From positions 1,951 to 65,950 of IMG/VR virus record IMGVR_UViG_3300042890_001190: 64,000 bases of DNA, one strand, 5' to 3'. This DNA comes from a virus (Duplodnaviria; Caudoviricetes). A program made the translations under genes and the position numbers. Shown here piece by piece: positions 45,978-56,465 of this stretch (within the stretch, counting starts at the first letter, position 1; each line of letters begins with the position of its first letter). The notes beneath the pieces are model-generated. The model had not been told where the DNA came from. It worked only from the letters and a program-made list of their open reading frames with translations, and ran no database searches.

Positions 45978-46582
45978 TTACCCCTTTTGGTTAGCATGGC
46001 GCTGGCAATCTCCAGCATGAATTTTACTTGCTCAATGTCTTTTGGCGGTTCTGTCCAGCCGACAGTGACTTGCCCAACAAAACGATGCGAGTCAGGTGGA
46101 ACGCTGACCCGGCAGGTAAACGTCACACCCTTCTCCAAGTACCACAGGCCCACCTCAGACTGAGCATAGCGGTAGTCCCCGCAGGGAATCTCGTTGGTCA
46201 TCAGCTTGACCACATCAGAGTTGTTGGCAGCGTTCTGGCTGAACAGCCCCACATCAATGTCTTCAATCGTCTTGTCGCGCCCGTCCTTGGTATAGGCTTT
46301 GTATAGCACCCGGCTGTTGAACAGCGGGTTAACCTTAAACACAGCCACCACGGTTGCACCTGTCTTTTTGAGCAGCATGGAACTGGCATCATCGGCCCTT
46401 GCAGCGTTGATCTCCGGCAGCTTCTTTGATTCCTTGTAAGCGTCAAACATGAAGGTCTGGTTCTGCCAAAGGAAGTACCCGGCAAAGGCCACAACGCCCA
46501 TGATGAGGATGGCAAACAGCTTGAACGGGCTGTCTACATAGGTCAGCACCTTGTCAATGATGGACTCAGGTTTTTGACTCAT
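45974..46582 (-). CDS. membrane-anchored protein of the lysis region (possible antiholin/GAF-like)
   Basis: 202 aa, one N-terminal TM then soluble domain. Confidence 0.55.
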   Translation of the reverse strand: MSQKPESIIDKVLTYVDSPFKLFAILIMGVVAFAGYFLWQNQTFMFDAYKESKKLPEINAARADDASSMLLKKTGATVVAVFKVNPLFNSRVLYKAYTKDGRDKTIEDIDVGLFSQNAANNSDVVKLMTNEIPCGDYRYAQSEVGLWYLEKGVTFTCRVSVPPDSHRFVGQVTVGWTEPPKDIEQVKFMLEIASAMLTKRGN

Positions 46583-47025
46583 CGCAGGTGCTTCATGTAA
46601 AGAACGATGCCGCCTACTAGAAGGCCAGCAAGGACGATTACTCCCAATCCGATGGCTATGTACTCAACCATGTCTTCAAGCTGTTGCTGCCGCCTCTTTG
46701 CTTCTCTGGCAGCTTCTTCCTTGGCCTCCCTGCGCCTACGGGCAGCGGCGGCTTGGAACTTCTGCCAGTCTTGCCACATGCCGGGTCTACCTTCGTAGAC
46801 CATGCGCTCACGCAACTCAACTTCTTGAGCGTTCAGTTGCTCCAGCGCCATGAATTCTTCTATGTCGCTGCCGCCCCCCTTTTTGGTGGCAGATTCCTGA
46901 ATCTTGGCTTTGTTGTCGAAGTAATCAAATACCCGCGAGCCGAGCGCAGACAGCTCCTTGCCGTTAGCTAGAGCGCCTTTTATTACTGCAAAGGCCGCGT
47001 TCGCGGCGGCAAGTTCCGCCAACAT
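46579..47025 (-). CDS. conserved membrane protein
   Basis: 148 aa, coiled coil and C-terminal TM. Confidence 0.65.
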   Translation of the reverse strand: MLAELAAANAAFAVIKGALANGKELSALGSRVFDYFDNKAKIQESATKKGGGSDIEEFMALEQLNAQEVELRERMVYEGRPGMWQDWQKFQAAAARRRREAKEEAAREAKRRQQQLEDMVEYIAIGLGVIVLAGLLVGGIVLYMKHLR

Positions 47026-47037
47026 AATGCTTGCCGT

Positions 47038-48684
47038 TCAAATAAACGCAAAGAAGTTGCCCAGTGACGGTCTAAAAACCCAGCCAGTGTTGTTGCCACC
47101 GTCAATACAGCCGTTGGTATCAAACGCCTGAAAGATGGCCCCGCCGGAAGCGTTGGAGTAGGCAATCCTTGCGTTGACGGCGTTTACAACACCCGAAGAT
47201 TTGATTACAGACCACGGCAGTGGGGTAGTGCCATACAGGTCATAAGCACGGAAATCCACAATGTCACTTGCAGACGCACCAGCCAGAGTAAATGTTCCAT
47301 TCACCGTTATGGTGGAGCCATTGCTGACAAGCAGACCTCCATCACCACCACCCAAGACCGTTGTGATTGATAAGTTTGTCGTAAGAAGGTTGGTTGTTAC
47401 CTGTGACGCGCCAGTGCCAGAGATATTCAAGTTTGGAACCAAAATACCGTTTGTGTTTAAAACTGCCGAGTTAATGTTGACCGTATAAGTACCCGTTACG
47501 GATGCGCCTGAAGATATACTAAAATTTATGACGGGATTAAATACCGTGCTGGATAATGAAGCTCCTGTTAACAGAAAGACAGTCCATGCGTACACCGCAC
47601 CCGATCCGACTGATGCCGCACCAGTATAAAAATCCCCAATCGGGTTTGCCAAAGTGCCAAAGTTGCCAGCAATTGAAATCGTGTCTGTGCCTGCTGCAAC
47701 CGTATTCCTCAGCCCAATGTTTATCCATTGGGACGTTCCGGGCACGCTCAGAGCACGAGATACATTTGGGCTTCCAGCTCTTTTGGTAATTTTAATGTAA
47801 TTAAAACTTAAAGAGCCATCGTCAGATGTTACAGTTGAATTTCCGACAATAGAAAATACGCCAAATAAATCTGTATTTGTTGCTATACGTAATTCTGCAT
47901 TTGTAATTGTAATGTTGCGAAGTAGTGGTCCGGTTACATCCAAATTAGTTATTCCTCCAGTGACATTAAAATCAATCTGCTTGGCGGTGTTTGTGCTTAA
48001 AGTTTGAGACTGTATGTAATTTATACTGGCATTTGGTGTAAGCGTCAGCGTCGTGTTAACAATGCTATCGTTTGCCCCTCCCCAGTTATCTAAAAAAGCA
48101 GTACTAGGCATTACCGCTGGGGGTGCAACGTTAATTGCCAAAGGGTAAGATGCCGACCCCAAAACTTTAGCGGACGTAGAGTTTATTAACTCAAAACTCT
48201 CACAGTTAATTGAATATGTTCCAGACGGCACAAGCCCAACCTGCACTCGTACAAGTGGTGATGTGATATTTGAGTTCAGTGTAATTGTGGTTGGCAACCC
48301 AAGCACGTCAAAAATTTGTAAAAACGAAATGGCTGCTATGCTGTTAAATACAAGGCCTGATGCTGTTGACGGGTTAAGCCGCAAATCAACATTAAACCCA
48401 ACGGGTCCGGGGTCCGCTAAAAGCTGGAACGAACCATATACCCTAAGCACGCCACCAACAAAAGTTACTGGCGCAACATTTGTTGTTGAAAACGATTTGC
48501 AAATTGCAGATGAAACAGTTATTGTTGATATTGGTGATCCCGGCCCCGAGTTAATATCAAACACCACATCATCTGCGGATGTTGGAACGCCAGCACCCCC
48601 TGCCCCGCCCGACGTTGCAGACCAGTTGGTTGTGGCTGAAGCATCCCAAGTGCCGCTGCCACCTACCCAGTAGTACGTTGCCAT
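47038..48684 (-). CDS. beta-rich tail fibre / receptor-binding protein
   Basis: MATYYWVGGSGTWDAS..PTSADDVVFD N-terminus, GGNNTGWVF C-terminus, low-GC centre. Confidence 0.7.
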   Translation of the reverse strand: MATYYWVGGSGTWDASATTNWSATSGGAGGAGVPTSADDVVFDINSGPGSPISTITVSSAICKSFSTTNVAPVTFVGGVLRVYGSFQLLADPGPVGFNVDLRLNPSTASGLVFNSIAAISFLQIFDVLGLPTTITLNSNITSPLVRVQVGLVPSGTYSINCESFELINSTSAKVLGSASYPLAINVAPPAVMPSTAFLDNWGGANDSIVNTTLTLTPNASINYIQSQTLSTNTAKQIDFNVTGGITNLDVTGPLLRNITITNAELRIATNTDLFGVFSIVGNSTVTSDDGSLSFNYIKITKRAGSPNVSRALSVPGTSQWINIGLRNTVAAGTDTISIAGNFGTLANPIGDFYTGAASVGSGAVYAWTVFLLTGASLSSTVFNPVINFSISSGASVTGTYTVNINSAVLNTNGILVPNLNISGTGASQVTTNLLTTNLSITTVLGGGDGGLLVSNGSTITVNGTFTLAGASASDIVDFRAYDLYGTTPLPWSVIKSSGVVNAVNARIAYSNASGGAIFQAFDTNGCIDGGNNTGWVFRPSLGNFFAFI

Positions 48685-48693
48685 GTCAATTCC

Positions 48694-49683
48694 TTAAAAA
48701 CCGAAGTTCTTGGCAAGGACCTGCCACTTGGTGGTGGTGCTGTTGTAGATGAAACCGAGGTAGTCCGTCTTGCTTGCGCCAGAGGTCGTAAGCGGCAAAG
48801 GAAGGTCTGCTGACCCTTGGTAGATGGCGTTCCAAGCAAAGGTCTGCACCGCAGTGCTGGACATGCGGATTACCAGCCCTTGGCCGTTTACAGCAGAGCC
48901 AGAGGGTGCGTTCATGGTCAAGGTGCCTATGGCCTGCGTGTTGGCCTGCGTCACGATGTCGGAGGTATCCGCATCTGGCGTGATGGATGTTCCGTCTGCT
49001 ACCGCAACCACTCGCTTGACAACTTCCTTGTTGGTCAAGACCTGTGTGCCGGTCAATGTGGCAACTGTTGAGTCAATCGCAACAGTAACTCCAGACGACC
49101 CGTTGTAACTTGTGCCACTCAGGCCGGAACCAATTGTTAAGGCGGGCAAGTTTGAGCCCAACGCCGTTCCGGAGATTGTGCTGTTTGTCAGAGAGGCATT
49201 GCCAATGTTTGTCAGCGTGTTGCTTGATCCGCTGATTGTCTTATTGGTCAGGGTTTGCGTTCCCGTCAGGGTTGCGGCGTCTGCGTCAATCTTTACAAAA
49301 TCCACGCCATTCCACGCAACAAGATACGCATTCCCGCTTGGCACTGTGACGCCCGTGGTGGGGCCAGCCCCGCGAATCACAATGCTCTGGGTGCTGGTGG
49401 TTTTGTTGATGACCACGTAGGTCTTGCTCAGCGCTGGGGCAGTGATATTACGGGTAACAGTCCCGCCAGCCGTCCAGAGTATGACGGCCTGACGCGCCTG
49501 ATTGGCGGCAAGCGTAGTTGCGGTGAGGGTGATGTCGGCATCTGCGGAGATTGTGGTTGTACCCGCAACCGCTGAATCCACAAGCGAGGTGATGGAGTTG
49601 TTGACCGTATCCCCCCAAGTACCCGATAGCTCACCTTGTACCGGTAGCGCCAACCCTAAAAGTGATGTTGCTGCTGTTGTCAT
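48694..49683 (-). CDS. tail fibre-associated protein
   Basis: GELSGTWGDTVN N-terminus, TLTGTQTLTNKT repeats. Confidence 0.75.
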   Translation of the reverse strand: MTTAATSLLGLALPVQGELSGTWGDTVNNSITSLVDSAVAGTTTISADADITLTATTLAANQARQAVILWTAGGTVTRNITAPALSKTYVVINKTTSTQSIVIRGAGPTTGVTVPSGNAYLVAWNGVDFVKIDADAATLTGTQTLTNKTISGSSNTLTNIGNASLTNSTISGTALGSNLPALTIGSGLSGTSYNGSSGVTVAIDSTVATLTGTQVLTNKEVVKRVVAVADGTSITPDADTSDIVTQANTQAIGTLTMNAPSGSAVNGQGLVIRMSSTAVQTFAWNAIYQGSADLPLPLTTSGASKTDYLGFIYNSTTTKWQVLAKNFGF

Positions 49684-49692
49684 GATGCACCT

Positions 49693-50079
49693 CTACTGAG
49701 AATTATTGATGGGGGTCCACAGGGGATTCTGTGTATCGTTTATGTTTACCCAGTTTGCAACCTGCACGTCAACAATTTTAATCCAGCCAAAAACTTCAAA
49801 GCCATCTGCCATTCGCAAATTTTCTTCTATGACGATTTGAAAGGCTGCAGTAACAGTGTTGGCATCCGCGCTGTTTAAACCCTCAGTAACCTGAACAAAA
49901 ACCCCTTGGCTAACCGTTGGGGTATCGGCGCTGCTCAGGTCTTCCGTCACCGACAGAAGAATATCACTGTTGGTAAAATTTAAGTCAGCCGCACCAAAGT
50001 TTTCTGCAAGCGACAGAAAAATGTTTGCCTTTGCCAGTGAAGCAAAAGGCGCTTCTGCAAAACTTGAGGTGCCAAACAT
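49693..50079 (-). CDS. virion structural protein
   Basis: MFGTSSFAEAPFASL N-terminus, W-repeat C-terminus. Confidence 0.7.
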   Translation of the reverse strand: MFGTSSFAEAPFASLAKANIFLSLAENFGAADLNFTNSDILLSVTEDLSSADTPTVSQGVFVQVTEGLNSADANTVTAAFQIVIEENLRMADGFEVFGWIKIVDVQVANWVNINDTQNPLWTPINNSQ

Positions 50080-50095
50080 AACTTTTACCCAAACA

Positions 50096-50245
50096 TTACT
50101 GCTCAGCCTGTTCAGGTGGTTTAACTTGCAATGCTGCTTGCTCTTGAATCTTGACGATCAAAGGCCACACGCCAGACTTGGCTGGCATCTCACCCAAGAC
50201 CTGCAAGATGAATTGCACTTCGTTTGGTTCAAGGTTCAAGTTCAT
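50096..50245 (-). CDS. small protein after the fibre chaperones
   Basis: ATG 50245 with ATGA overlap; ILQVLGEMPAKSGVWPLIVKIQEQA. Confidence 0.65.
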   Translation of the reverse strand: MNLNLEPNEVQFILQVLGEMPAKSGVWPLIVKIQEQAALQVKPPEQAEQ

Positions 50246-50568
50246 GCTGCGCTCCAAGGAAGTGGTGTATTTTGTGGGCTGACAGGTGGGTTTGCCATCG
50301 AATCCAGTTGGCCCTGCACACAGGCTTGTGCGCTCTCGATCTGGTTGGCGGGAATCCACGCAACGACTTGAGTTTCAGTCAGCGATTCGTAAGGGATGAA
50401 TGCGCCCTCTTGGTCAGCAGAACTGAACTGCGTGTTGCCGCCGATGGAGGCGGTGTTGTCGCCGTCCACCCCGGTTACCTGCCAAAGAGCATTAACGACG
50501 TACCCCGGATCGGGAGTGTCGAGCGTGTACATAGAAGTGATGGTTGTGGTAAAGGTGGTCATGTTCAA
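50242..50568 (-). CDS. tail fibre assembly-type protein
   Basis: FIPYESLTETQVVAWI..PLPW. Confidence 0.7.
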   Translation of the reverse strand: MNMTTFTTTITSMYTLDTPDPGYVVNALWQVTGVDGDNTASIGGNTQFSSADQEGAFIPYESLTETQVVAWIPANQIESAQACVQGQLDSMANPPVSPQNTPLPWSAA

Positions 50569-50822
50569 ACTCCGGGAGTTGGTGGGTTAGGGTCATACGG
50601 CTGTGGAGATGGCTGGCTCCAAGCGTAATTGGCGATGTTGAGGTAGTAAGCCTCAGCAAGCACCTCTGGCGCACGAGGGTCATTTGGGGCAAGAATATCC
50701 CGCGAGTACGTTGACGAGATAACAGCACCATCTTTCAAAACATCCGTTGTTTTTCGGACGGCTATGCACCCGTCTGATTGGATGTTGAATTGCGAAATGT
50801 AAGTTACTTCCGAAAAAGCCAT
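50565..50822 (-). CDS. tail fibre-associated small protein
   Basis: 85 aa, VRKTTDVLKDGAVISSTYSR; directly follows the fibre gene. Confidence 0.7.
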   Translation of the reverse strand: MAFSEVTYISQFNIQSDGCIAVRKTTDVLKDGAVISSTYSRDILAPNDPRAPEVLAEAYYLNIANYAWSQPSPQPYDPNPPTPGV

Positions 50823-50834
50823 GATGGTTTCCTT

Positions 50835-53800
50835 TTAATCCAAAGTTGTGTAGACAAGAGTGCCAAAAATATACGACGTGTCGTTGAAATTAGAGTGGTC
50901 AATCGCTGAAGTTGCCGACGAACCGTTTGTACAAATTGTGGCTGCGTAAGCATTGTTTTGCCCCACTACCGTTACACCATAATTTGAAGCGGGCAAGCTC
51001 ATTACGCCGTAACCAGCAATTGATGTTGCATCAGCGTAAGACAGGGACTCAACTCTGAACGGCAAGTTTGTCAAGTATGCAGTGCCCGTGCTTGAACCTT
51101 TGTTGGTTATAGCAAATCCGTACCGAATGGTCACGACCTTACCGATTTTGACGTAAGTACCAGCGCCGTAATCGTAGGTGATGCCTGTACCACTTCCTGT
51201 GTTTGACCCAAAGTTTAGGTAGTTGGTAAACGTCCCCTCCTCATAGTCATCCAGCGTGTTGGCGTTTGCTGATGCGGATTGAGTGGCGGGGAAGGTGATG
51301 CCTGAAACCTTGTCTAATTGAATGCTTGTTCCGTTGGTTGTAAGGTTGCCGACATTAGTCCCGTTAACTGAAAACTGTATAAAAGTGCTGCTTGTGTAAC
51401 CAGAAACTTTTGCTAAATAGATGTTGTTATCAACAGAATTTTGAACAACAAAATTGCCTACAGAACCACTTAATTGAAGCCCAATTTTTGCATCCGAACC
51501 AATGCCGTTCATTGTGCTTTTCGTGCCCACCAAGAAGTTATCAGAAGCATCAAACACACCCCGTGGATTCCCAGCCCCATCAGACAGCACGATGTAGTTG
51601 TTGGCAGTGCGGATGTCGAGGCCACCTTGGTTGCCGTCGTATGCGCCAAGAATGGTGTTGCGTGAGCCTGTTGTTACTTGCGCTCCAGCAGAGCCAGCAG
51701 CGCCAGTGCCAACAAAAGTATTTGAATTTCCAGTCGTGTTGTACCCCGTTTGGATGCCAACAAAAGTGTTGTATGTCCCCGTTGTAAGGACAAATCCAGC
51801 CTGATAACCAAGCGCAGTGTTGTAGTTGCCTGTGGTGCTGGCCGGAAGCGCAAAAGACCCAAGCGCCGTATTGCCAAGGCCAGTTGTGGCAAGTCGCAAT
51901 GCAGATTTGCCAACTGCTGTGTTGTCAGTACCAGTAGTCGCCGTAACAAGCGCAATTGAACCAATCGCGGTGTTATTGCCGCCAGTTGTAAGATTTTGCC
52001 CCGCAGAATCGCCCATTGCGGTGTTCTCAACTGCGGTGGTTGTTTCTTTAAGTGCGCGGTATCCGACTGCGGTGTTGTAACTGCCTGTGTTGGAATATAA
52101 AGCCTGATAGCCAACACCGACATTTTCTGTACCAGTGACGTTGCTGTAAACCGCCTGATAACCCACAGCAGTGTTGTTAGAGGCTGTGGTGTTTGCCGCA
52201 AGTGCCTGCACTCCCACGGCAGTGTTGCTCGAGCCTGTTGTGTTTGCCCAAAGCGACAGTTCGCCAATGGCCGAGTTCAAAGTGCCAGTTGTGTTGGTGT
52301 AAAGCGCTCTGTACCCAAAAGCAGAGTTGTCTCCTGTTGTTGTACTGTACCCCGCCTCAGTCCCGACAAAGGTTTGATAAAAACCAGTCTGGTTGCTATA
52401 CCCTGCCTGATAACCCACAGCAGTGTTGTTGTTGGCTGTGGTGTTGCTCCACAAGGCTTGGCGACCAATTGCCGTGTTGTACGAAGAGGTTGTGGTGTTG
52501 TACAGCGCCTGCTCACCAATCGCTGTGTTGTCAACACCAGTGGTCAGCGCCTGCGCAGTTCCGTTGCCCATCGCGGTGTTGTTATTTGCGGTCGTTACCG
52601 CTTGAAGGGCGTATCGGCCAACCGCCGTATTCTGAGTTCCGGTGGTGTTTGCTTGCAGCGAATAAATACCAACCGCAGTGTTGTAACTACCAGTTGTGTT
52701 CACCCTAAGTGCAGAACGCCCCAATGCGGTATTCTCAAAACCAGTAGTGTTTGAGTACAGCGCCTCACGACCAACAGCAACAAGATCATATCCGGTAGTG
52801 TTGCTGTATCCCGCCTGATAACCTACAGCGGTATTGTTGGAGGCTGTGGTGTTGGAGCGAAGCGCTTGCTGACCAAAGGCGGTGTTGTAACTTCCAGATG
52901 TATTGAGATACAAGGCCGCATTGCCCATTGCTGAATTGCTAGCCCCGGTGGTGTTAGTGTAGAGGCTACTGATACCTAATGCGGAGTTATCTGCGCCAGT
53001 CGTGTTGGCGTACAGGGACTGATAACCTACAGCAGTGTTATTTGACCCTGTAGTGTTAGCAAAAAATGCGCCCCCACCAACAGCTACGTTGCTTGCTCCT
53101 GTAGTGTTTGAGTTGCCAGCAAAACCACCTATAAAAGTCAGGTCTTGACCAGTTGTAGTCAAGTATCCCGCACGATAACCAATAAAGGTATCCGCAAAAT
53201 TAGGGCTTGTTGCGGTGTGCGTGTAAGCGGCTTGATAGCCAAATGCAGTAATACCTGTCCCAGTTGTTGTGCTATACCCCGCCTGATAACCAACAGCAGT
53301 GTTGTTGGAAGCGGTGGTGTTAAACACCAAGGCTTGATTACCAATTGCAGTGTTATTTGAGCCTGTGGTGTTGGAGTAAAGAGCGCCCCGGCCAATAGCT
53401 GTCAGGGTTGTGCCAGTTGTATTGGCGTATGCGGCGTAGAACCCGACCGCAGTGTTATCGTTGGCGGTGGTGTTATTTACCAGTGCCTCCGTGCCAATCG
53501 CTGTGTTGTAGTTGCCTGTGGTGTTGTAGTACAGCGCAGACTGCCCGATAGCCGTGTTTTTTGTGCCAGTTGTGTTGGTGTAAGCGGCGGTGTACCCGAC
53601 AGCGGTGTTGTAGGCGGCGGTGGTGTTATTGCGGAGGGCTTCTGAACCAACCCCTACGTTGGCGATGCCAGTTGTGTTGGCGTATAAAGCAGAGCCTCCA
53701 AGTGCGGAGTTGTTTGTGCCCGTTGTATTTTCATGAAGAGAAAAAGCACCAATAGCAGTTAAGCTGGCCCCGGTTGTGTTGCTATACCCAGCCTGATAGC

Positions 53801-56453
53801 CAGCGGCTGTGTTGTAGTTTGCTGTGGTGTTGAGCGCCAAAGCGCCCTCACCGAACGCAGAGTTGTACGAACCCGTGGTGTTGAACTCCATCGGGGCGTA
53901 AGTGACATACGAGTTGCCCACCGCAGTGTTGGCAATGCCTGTGGTGTTGGCATACCCAGACTTCCAGCCAATGGCTGTGATGCTTCCGCTGGTGTTGCTG
54001 AAGGCCGTTTGGTAGCCAAGCGCCACAACCCGGCCTGTGGTGTTGAGGTAACCAGACTGAAAGCCGACAGCGGTGTTGGCAGAAGACGTGGTGTTGGCGT
54101 TAAGAGACTGGTAGCCAACGGCAGTGTTTGAACCGCCCGTGGTGTTGTTCGCCATTGAGAACACACCAAACGAGGAATTGGACTCGCCAGTAGTTGTTGC
54201 GCCAAGCGATACGGAGCCAAATGCAGCGTTGCCACCCCCGGTTGTTGCAACCTCAAGAGCTTGACGCCCAAAGGCGTTGTTTTCTGTCGCTGTAGTGCTT
54301 GTAGCCGATGCGCGATACCCGACTGCGGTGTTGTAGGAAGCCGTGGTGTTGGATAAAAGTGCCTGCATACCCACGGCAGTGTTGTAGCTGCCAGTGGTGT
54401 TAGCAAAAAGTGCCCCCTGCCCAACAGCAGAGTTCCGAGTGCCTCCGGCGTTTGAAAACAAGGACGACATGCCAAATGCGGCGTTGTTGTCTCCGGTGTT
54501 CAAATTGAGAGCACCGTTTCCCATTGCTGTGTTGTTTGAGGCTGTTGTAGCCGTGTATCCAGCGCCTTGACCAACATACGAGTTGTTTGTGCCTGTCGTA
54601 TTGCTGTACCCCGCCTGATAACCCACAGCAGTGTTGTTGCTGGCGGTGGTGTTGGCTTGCAATGAACCCGCACCCACAGCGACGTTATTTGCGCCTGTGG
54701 TGTTGAACCGTAACGCAGCCGCCCCAACGCCGTCGTACCCTCCGATTGCCGTATTGTTAGAGCCAGTTGTCGTAGCGTAGAGTGCGCCTTGGCCAATACC
54801 GATATTACCCACGCCTGTGGCAATGGAATAGCCAGCACCAGACCCAACGCCGATGTTGGTTCCACCCCCCGTGGTATTGTTGGAGTACAAGGCATCTGCG
54901 CCAATTGCTACATGACCACCTGCTGTGGTGTTGCTATATAAAGCCCCACGACCAACCGCCGTGCTTGATGCACCAGTAGTATTGCTAAACCCTGCCTGAT
55001 AACCAACAGCAGTGTTGTTGGAGGCTGTGGTGTTGGCGTAGAGGGATAGGCTACCGAACGAAGTGTTGTTAGCGCCAGTTGTGTTGGCTTGCAACGCCCC
55101 ATTGCCTACTGCGTTATTGTCAGTCCCGGTCGTGTTTGACCGAAGTGGGCCGTAGACAGAAATTTCATCTTGAGAGCCAATGGCAATATTGCGATACCCG
55201 GTTGTATTTGCAACCAAGGCGTTTCTGCCAATAGCGATATTGGCGTAGCCTGTCGTATTTGACGGAAGCGAGTTATATCCAACGGCCGTATTGGAGTTGC
55301 CCGTAGTGTTTGCGTAACCAGCAGAGTAGCCAACCGCTGTGTTAAAAAATCCGGTAGTGTTGAGGACTAAGGCACTATTACCCACCGCTGTGTTGGTAGC
55401 CACAGCACCTGCACCACGGCCTACGGTGAGGCCGTTGACTAAGACATCTTGTGTTGCGGTAATAACGCCGGAAGAATTAATGGTAAACGGGATTGTACCT
55501 CCCGTTACATCCAAAATGCTGAAGTTGGAGTTGTTTGCTCCCGGCAGGCCTCCAACCAATTCCCAAGTGCGACCACCAGAGCCGCCGTTCTCAAGGCGCA
55601 GTCTGACGTTTGATTGATCGTTGCCGTTTAACCGTGCAGTAGCTGCGCCCCCTCCTACTGTGTTCACATCCAACTTATAAGCTGGCGAACTCGTCCCAAC
55701 ACCAAAATTTGTCCCATCAAACGTCAGCGCAGACCCAGTGGTCAGGACTTTGGAGCCGTTGAGGTAGGCCACTCCGTTGGCTGTGCCCCCGGAGAAAGTG
55801 CCCGTGCCGGAGAAGGACAAATCCGTAAATGCCCCCGTGTTGGGCGTTGTAGCCCCTACAGTGCCGTTGATGTTGATGGAGGCTGTGCCTGTCAGGTTAG
55901 TTACCACACCGGAGGCTGGAGTGCCCAAAGCCGGAGTGACCAGCGTGGGGCTATTGGCAAACACCAAAGCACCTGTGCCTGTTTCGTCTGTTACCGCCGA
56001 GGCAAGGTTGGCAGAGCTTGGAGTGGCTAAGAAGGTGGCAACACCAGAGCCCAAGCCCGAGATGCCTGTAGCAACTGGCAAGCCTGTAGCGTTGGTCAAA
56101 GTGGCGCTGACGGGCGTTCCCAGCGCAGAGGCGTTGCCGCTTGCATCAAGATTGACCGACCGGCCCGACGGGTAGGTCACAAAAACATTGACCACACCGG
56201 AAAACGTCACAGCGCTGCCAGTGTTGCTGGATGCGTAGACTGTGGTTCGAGTTAGTGTTGGACCCGTTGTTGAGTACGTGCCAAGACCAACTTCCCAATT
56301 GCCCCCGTTATCGGTAGCCGAATAGTAGGTGGTGTTGGTGTCGCCAATGGTGGCAAACGTCTGAAAACCAGCCACCGCACCCGTAAGCGTAAAACTTACA
56401 GTAGTGTTTGCTGTGGCCGTTTCTTGAACACGGTTTGAGAGGACTAAAGGCAT
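50835..56453 (-). CDS. giant tail fibre/adhesin with 14-aa beta-roll repeats
   Basis: 1872 aa; N-terminal RVQETAT..WEVGLGTY; tandem NTTGxxNTAVGxxAL; C-terminal ANTLDDYEEGTF..YVKIGKVV domain. Confidence 0.85.
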   Translation of the reverse strand: MPLVLSNRVQETATANTTVSFTLTGAVAGFQTFATIGDTNTTYYSATDNGGNWEVGLGTYSTTGPTLTRTTVYASSNTGSAVTFSGVVNVFVTYPSGRSVNLDASGNASALGTPVSATLTNATGLPVATGISGLGSGVATFLATPSSANLASAVTDETGTGALVFANSPTLVTPALGTPASGVVTNLTGTASININGTVGATTPNTGAFTDLSFSGTGTFSGGTANGVAYLNGSKVLTTGSALTFDGTNFGVGTSSPAYKLDVNTVGGGAATARLNGNDQSNVRLRLENGGSGGRTWELVGGLPGANNSNFSILDVTGGTIPFTINSSGVITATQDVLVNGLTVGRGAGAVATNTAVGNSALVLNTTGFFNTAVGYSAGYANTTGNSNTAVGYNSLPSNTTGYANIAIGRNALVANTTGYRNIAIGSQDEISVYGPLRSNTTGTDNNAVGNGALQANTTGANNTSFGSLSLYANTTASNNTAVGYQAGFSNTTGASSTAVGRGALYSNTTAGGHVAIGADALYSNNTTGGGTNIGVGSGAGYSIATGVGNIGIGQGALYATTTGSNNTAIGGYDGVGAAALRFNTTGANNVAVGAGSLQANTTASNNTAVGYQAGYSNTTGTNNSYVGQGAGYTATTASNNTAMGNGALNLNTGDNNAAFGMSSLFSNAGGTRNSAVGQGALFANTTGSYNTAVGMQALLSNTTASYNTAVGYRASATSTTATENNAFGRQALEVATTGGGNAAFGSVSLGATTTGESNSSFGVFSMANNTTGGSNTAVGYQSLNANTTSSANTAVGFQSGYLNTTGRVVALGYQTAFSNTSGSITAIGWKSGYANTTGIANTAVGNSYVTYAPMEFNTTGSYNSAFGEGALALNTTANYNTAAGYQAGYSNTTGASLTAIGAFSLHENTTGTNNSALGGSALYANTTGIANVGVGSEALRNNTTAAYNTAVGYTAAYTNTTGTKNTAIGQSALYYNTTGNYNTAIGTEALVNNTTANDNTAVGFYAAYANTTGTTLTAIGRGALYSNTTGSNNTAIGNQALVFNTTASNNTAVGYQAGYSTTTGTGITAFGYQAAYTHTATSPNFADTFIGYRAGYLTTTGQDLTFIGGFAGNSNTTGASNVAVGGGAFFANTTGSNNTAVGYQSLYANTTGADNSALGISSLYTNTTGASNSAMGNAALYLNTSGSYNTAFGQQALRSNTTASNNTAVGYQAGYSNTTGYDLVAVGREALYSNTTGFENTALGRSALRVNTTGSYNTAVGIYSLQANTTGTQNTAVGRYALQAVTTANNNTAMGNGTAQALTTGVDNTAIGEQALYNTTTSSYNTAIGRQALWSNTTANNNTAVGYQAGYSNQTGFYQTFVGTEAGYSTTTGDNSAFGYRALYTNTTGTLNSAIGELSLWANTTGSSNTAVGVQALAANTTASNNTAVGYQAVYSNVTGTENVGVGYQALYSNTGSYNTAVGYRALKETTTAVENTAMGDSAGQNLTTGGNNTAIGSIALVTATTGTDNTAVGKSALRLATTGLGNTALGSFALPASTTGNYNTALGYQAGFVLTTGTYNTFVGIQTGYNTTGNSNTFVGTGAAGSAGAQVTTGSRNTILGAYDGNQGGLDIRTANNYIVLSDGAGNPRGVFDASDNFLVGTKSTMNGIGSDAKIGLQLSGSVGNFVVQNSVDNNIYLAKVSGYTSSTFIQFSVNGTNVGNLTTNGTSIQLDKVSGITFPATQSASANANTLDDYEEGTFTNYLNFGSNTGSGTGITYDYGAGTYVKIGKVVTIRYGFAITNKGSSTGTAYLTNLPFRVESLSYADATSIAGYGVMSLPASNYGVTVVGQNNAYAATICTNGSSATSAIDHSNFNDTSYIFGTLVYTTLD
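51650..55400 (-). repeat. coding tandem 42-bp (14-aa) repeat array
   Basis: near-identical gcctgataacc(c/a/t)acagc(a/g)gt(g/a)ttgtt units near 52153, 52404, 52813, 53281, 54613, 54994. Confidence 0.85.
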
Positions 56454-56465
56454 TGACGCCCCCTT

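Noticed and set aside
50835-51300. Diversity-generating retroelement target at the fibre C-terminus
   Set aside because: No reverse transcriptase and no TR/VR pair with adenine-specific differences seen
51650-55400. Regularly spaced repeats resembling a CRISPR array
   Set aside because: In-frame degenerate coding repeats of the fibre gene; no unique spacers or cas operon
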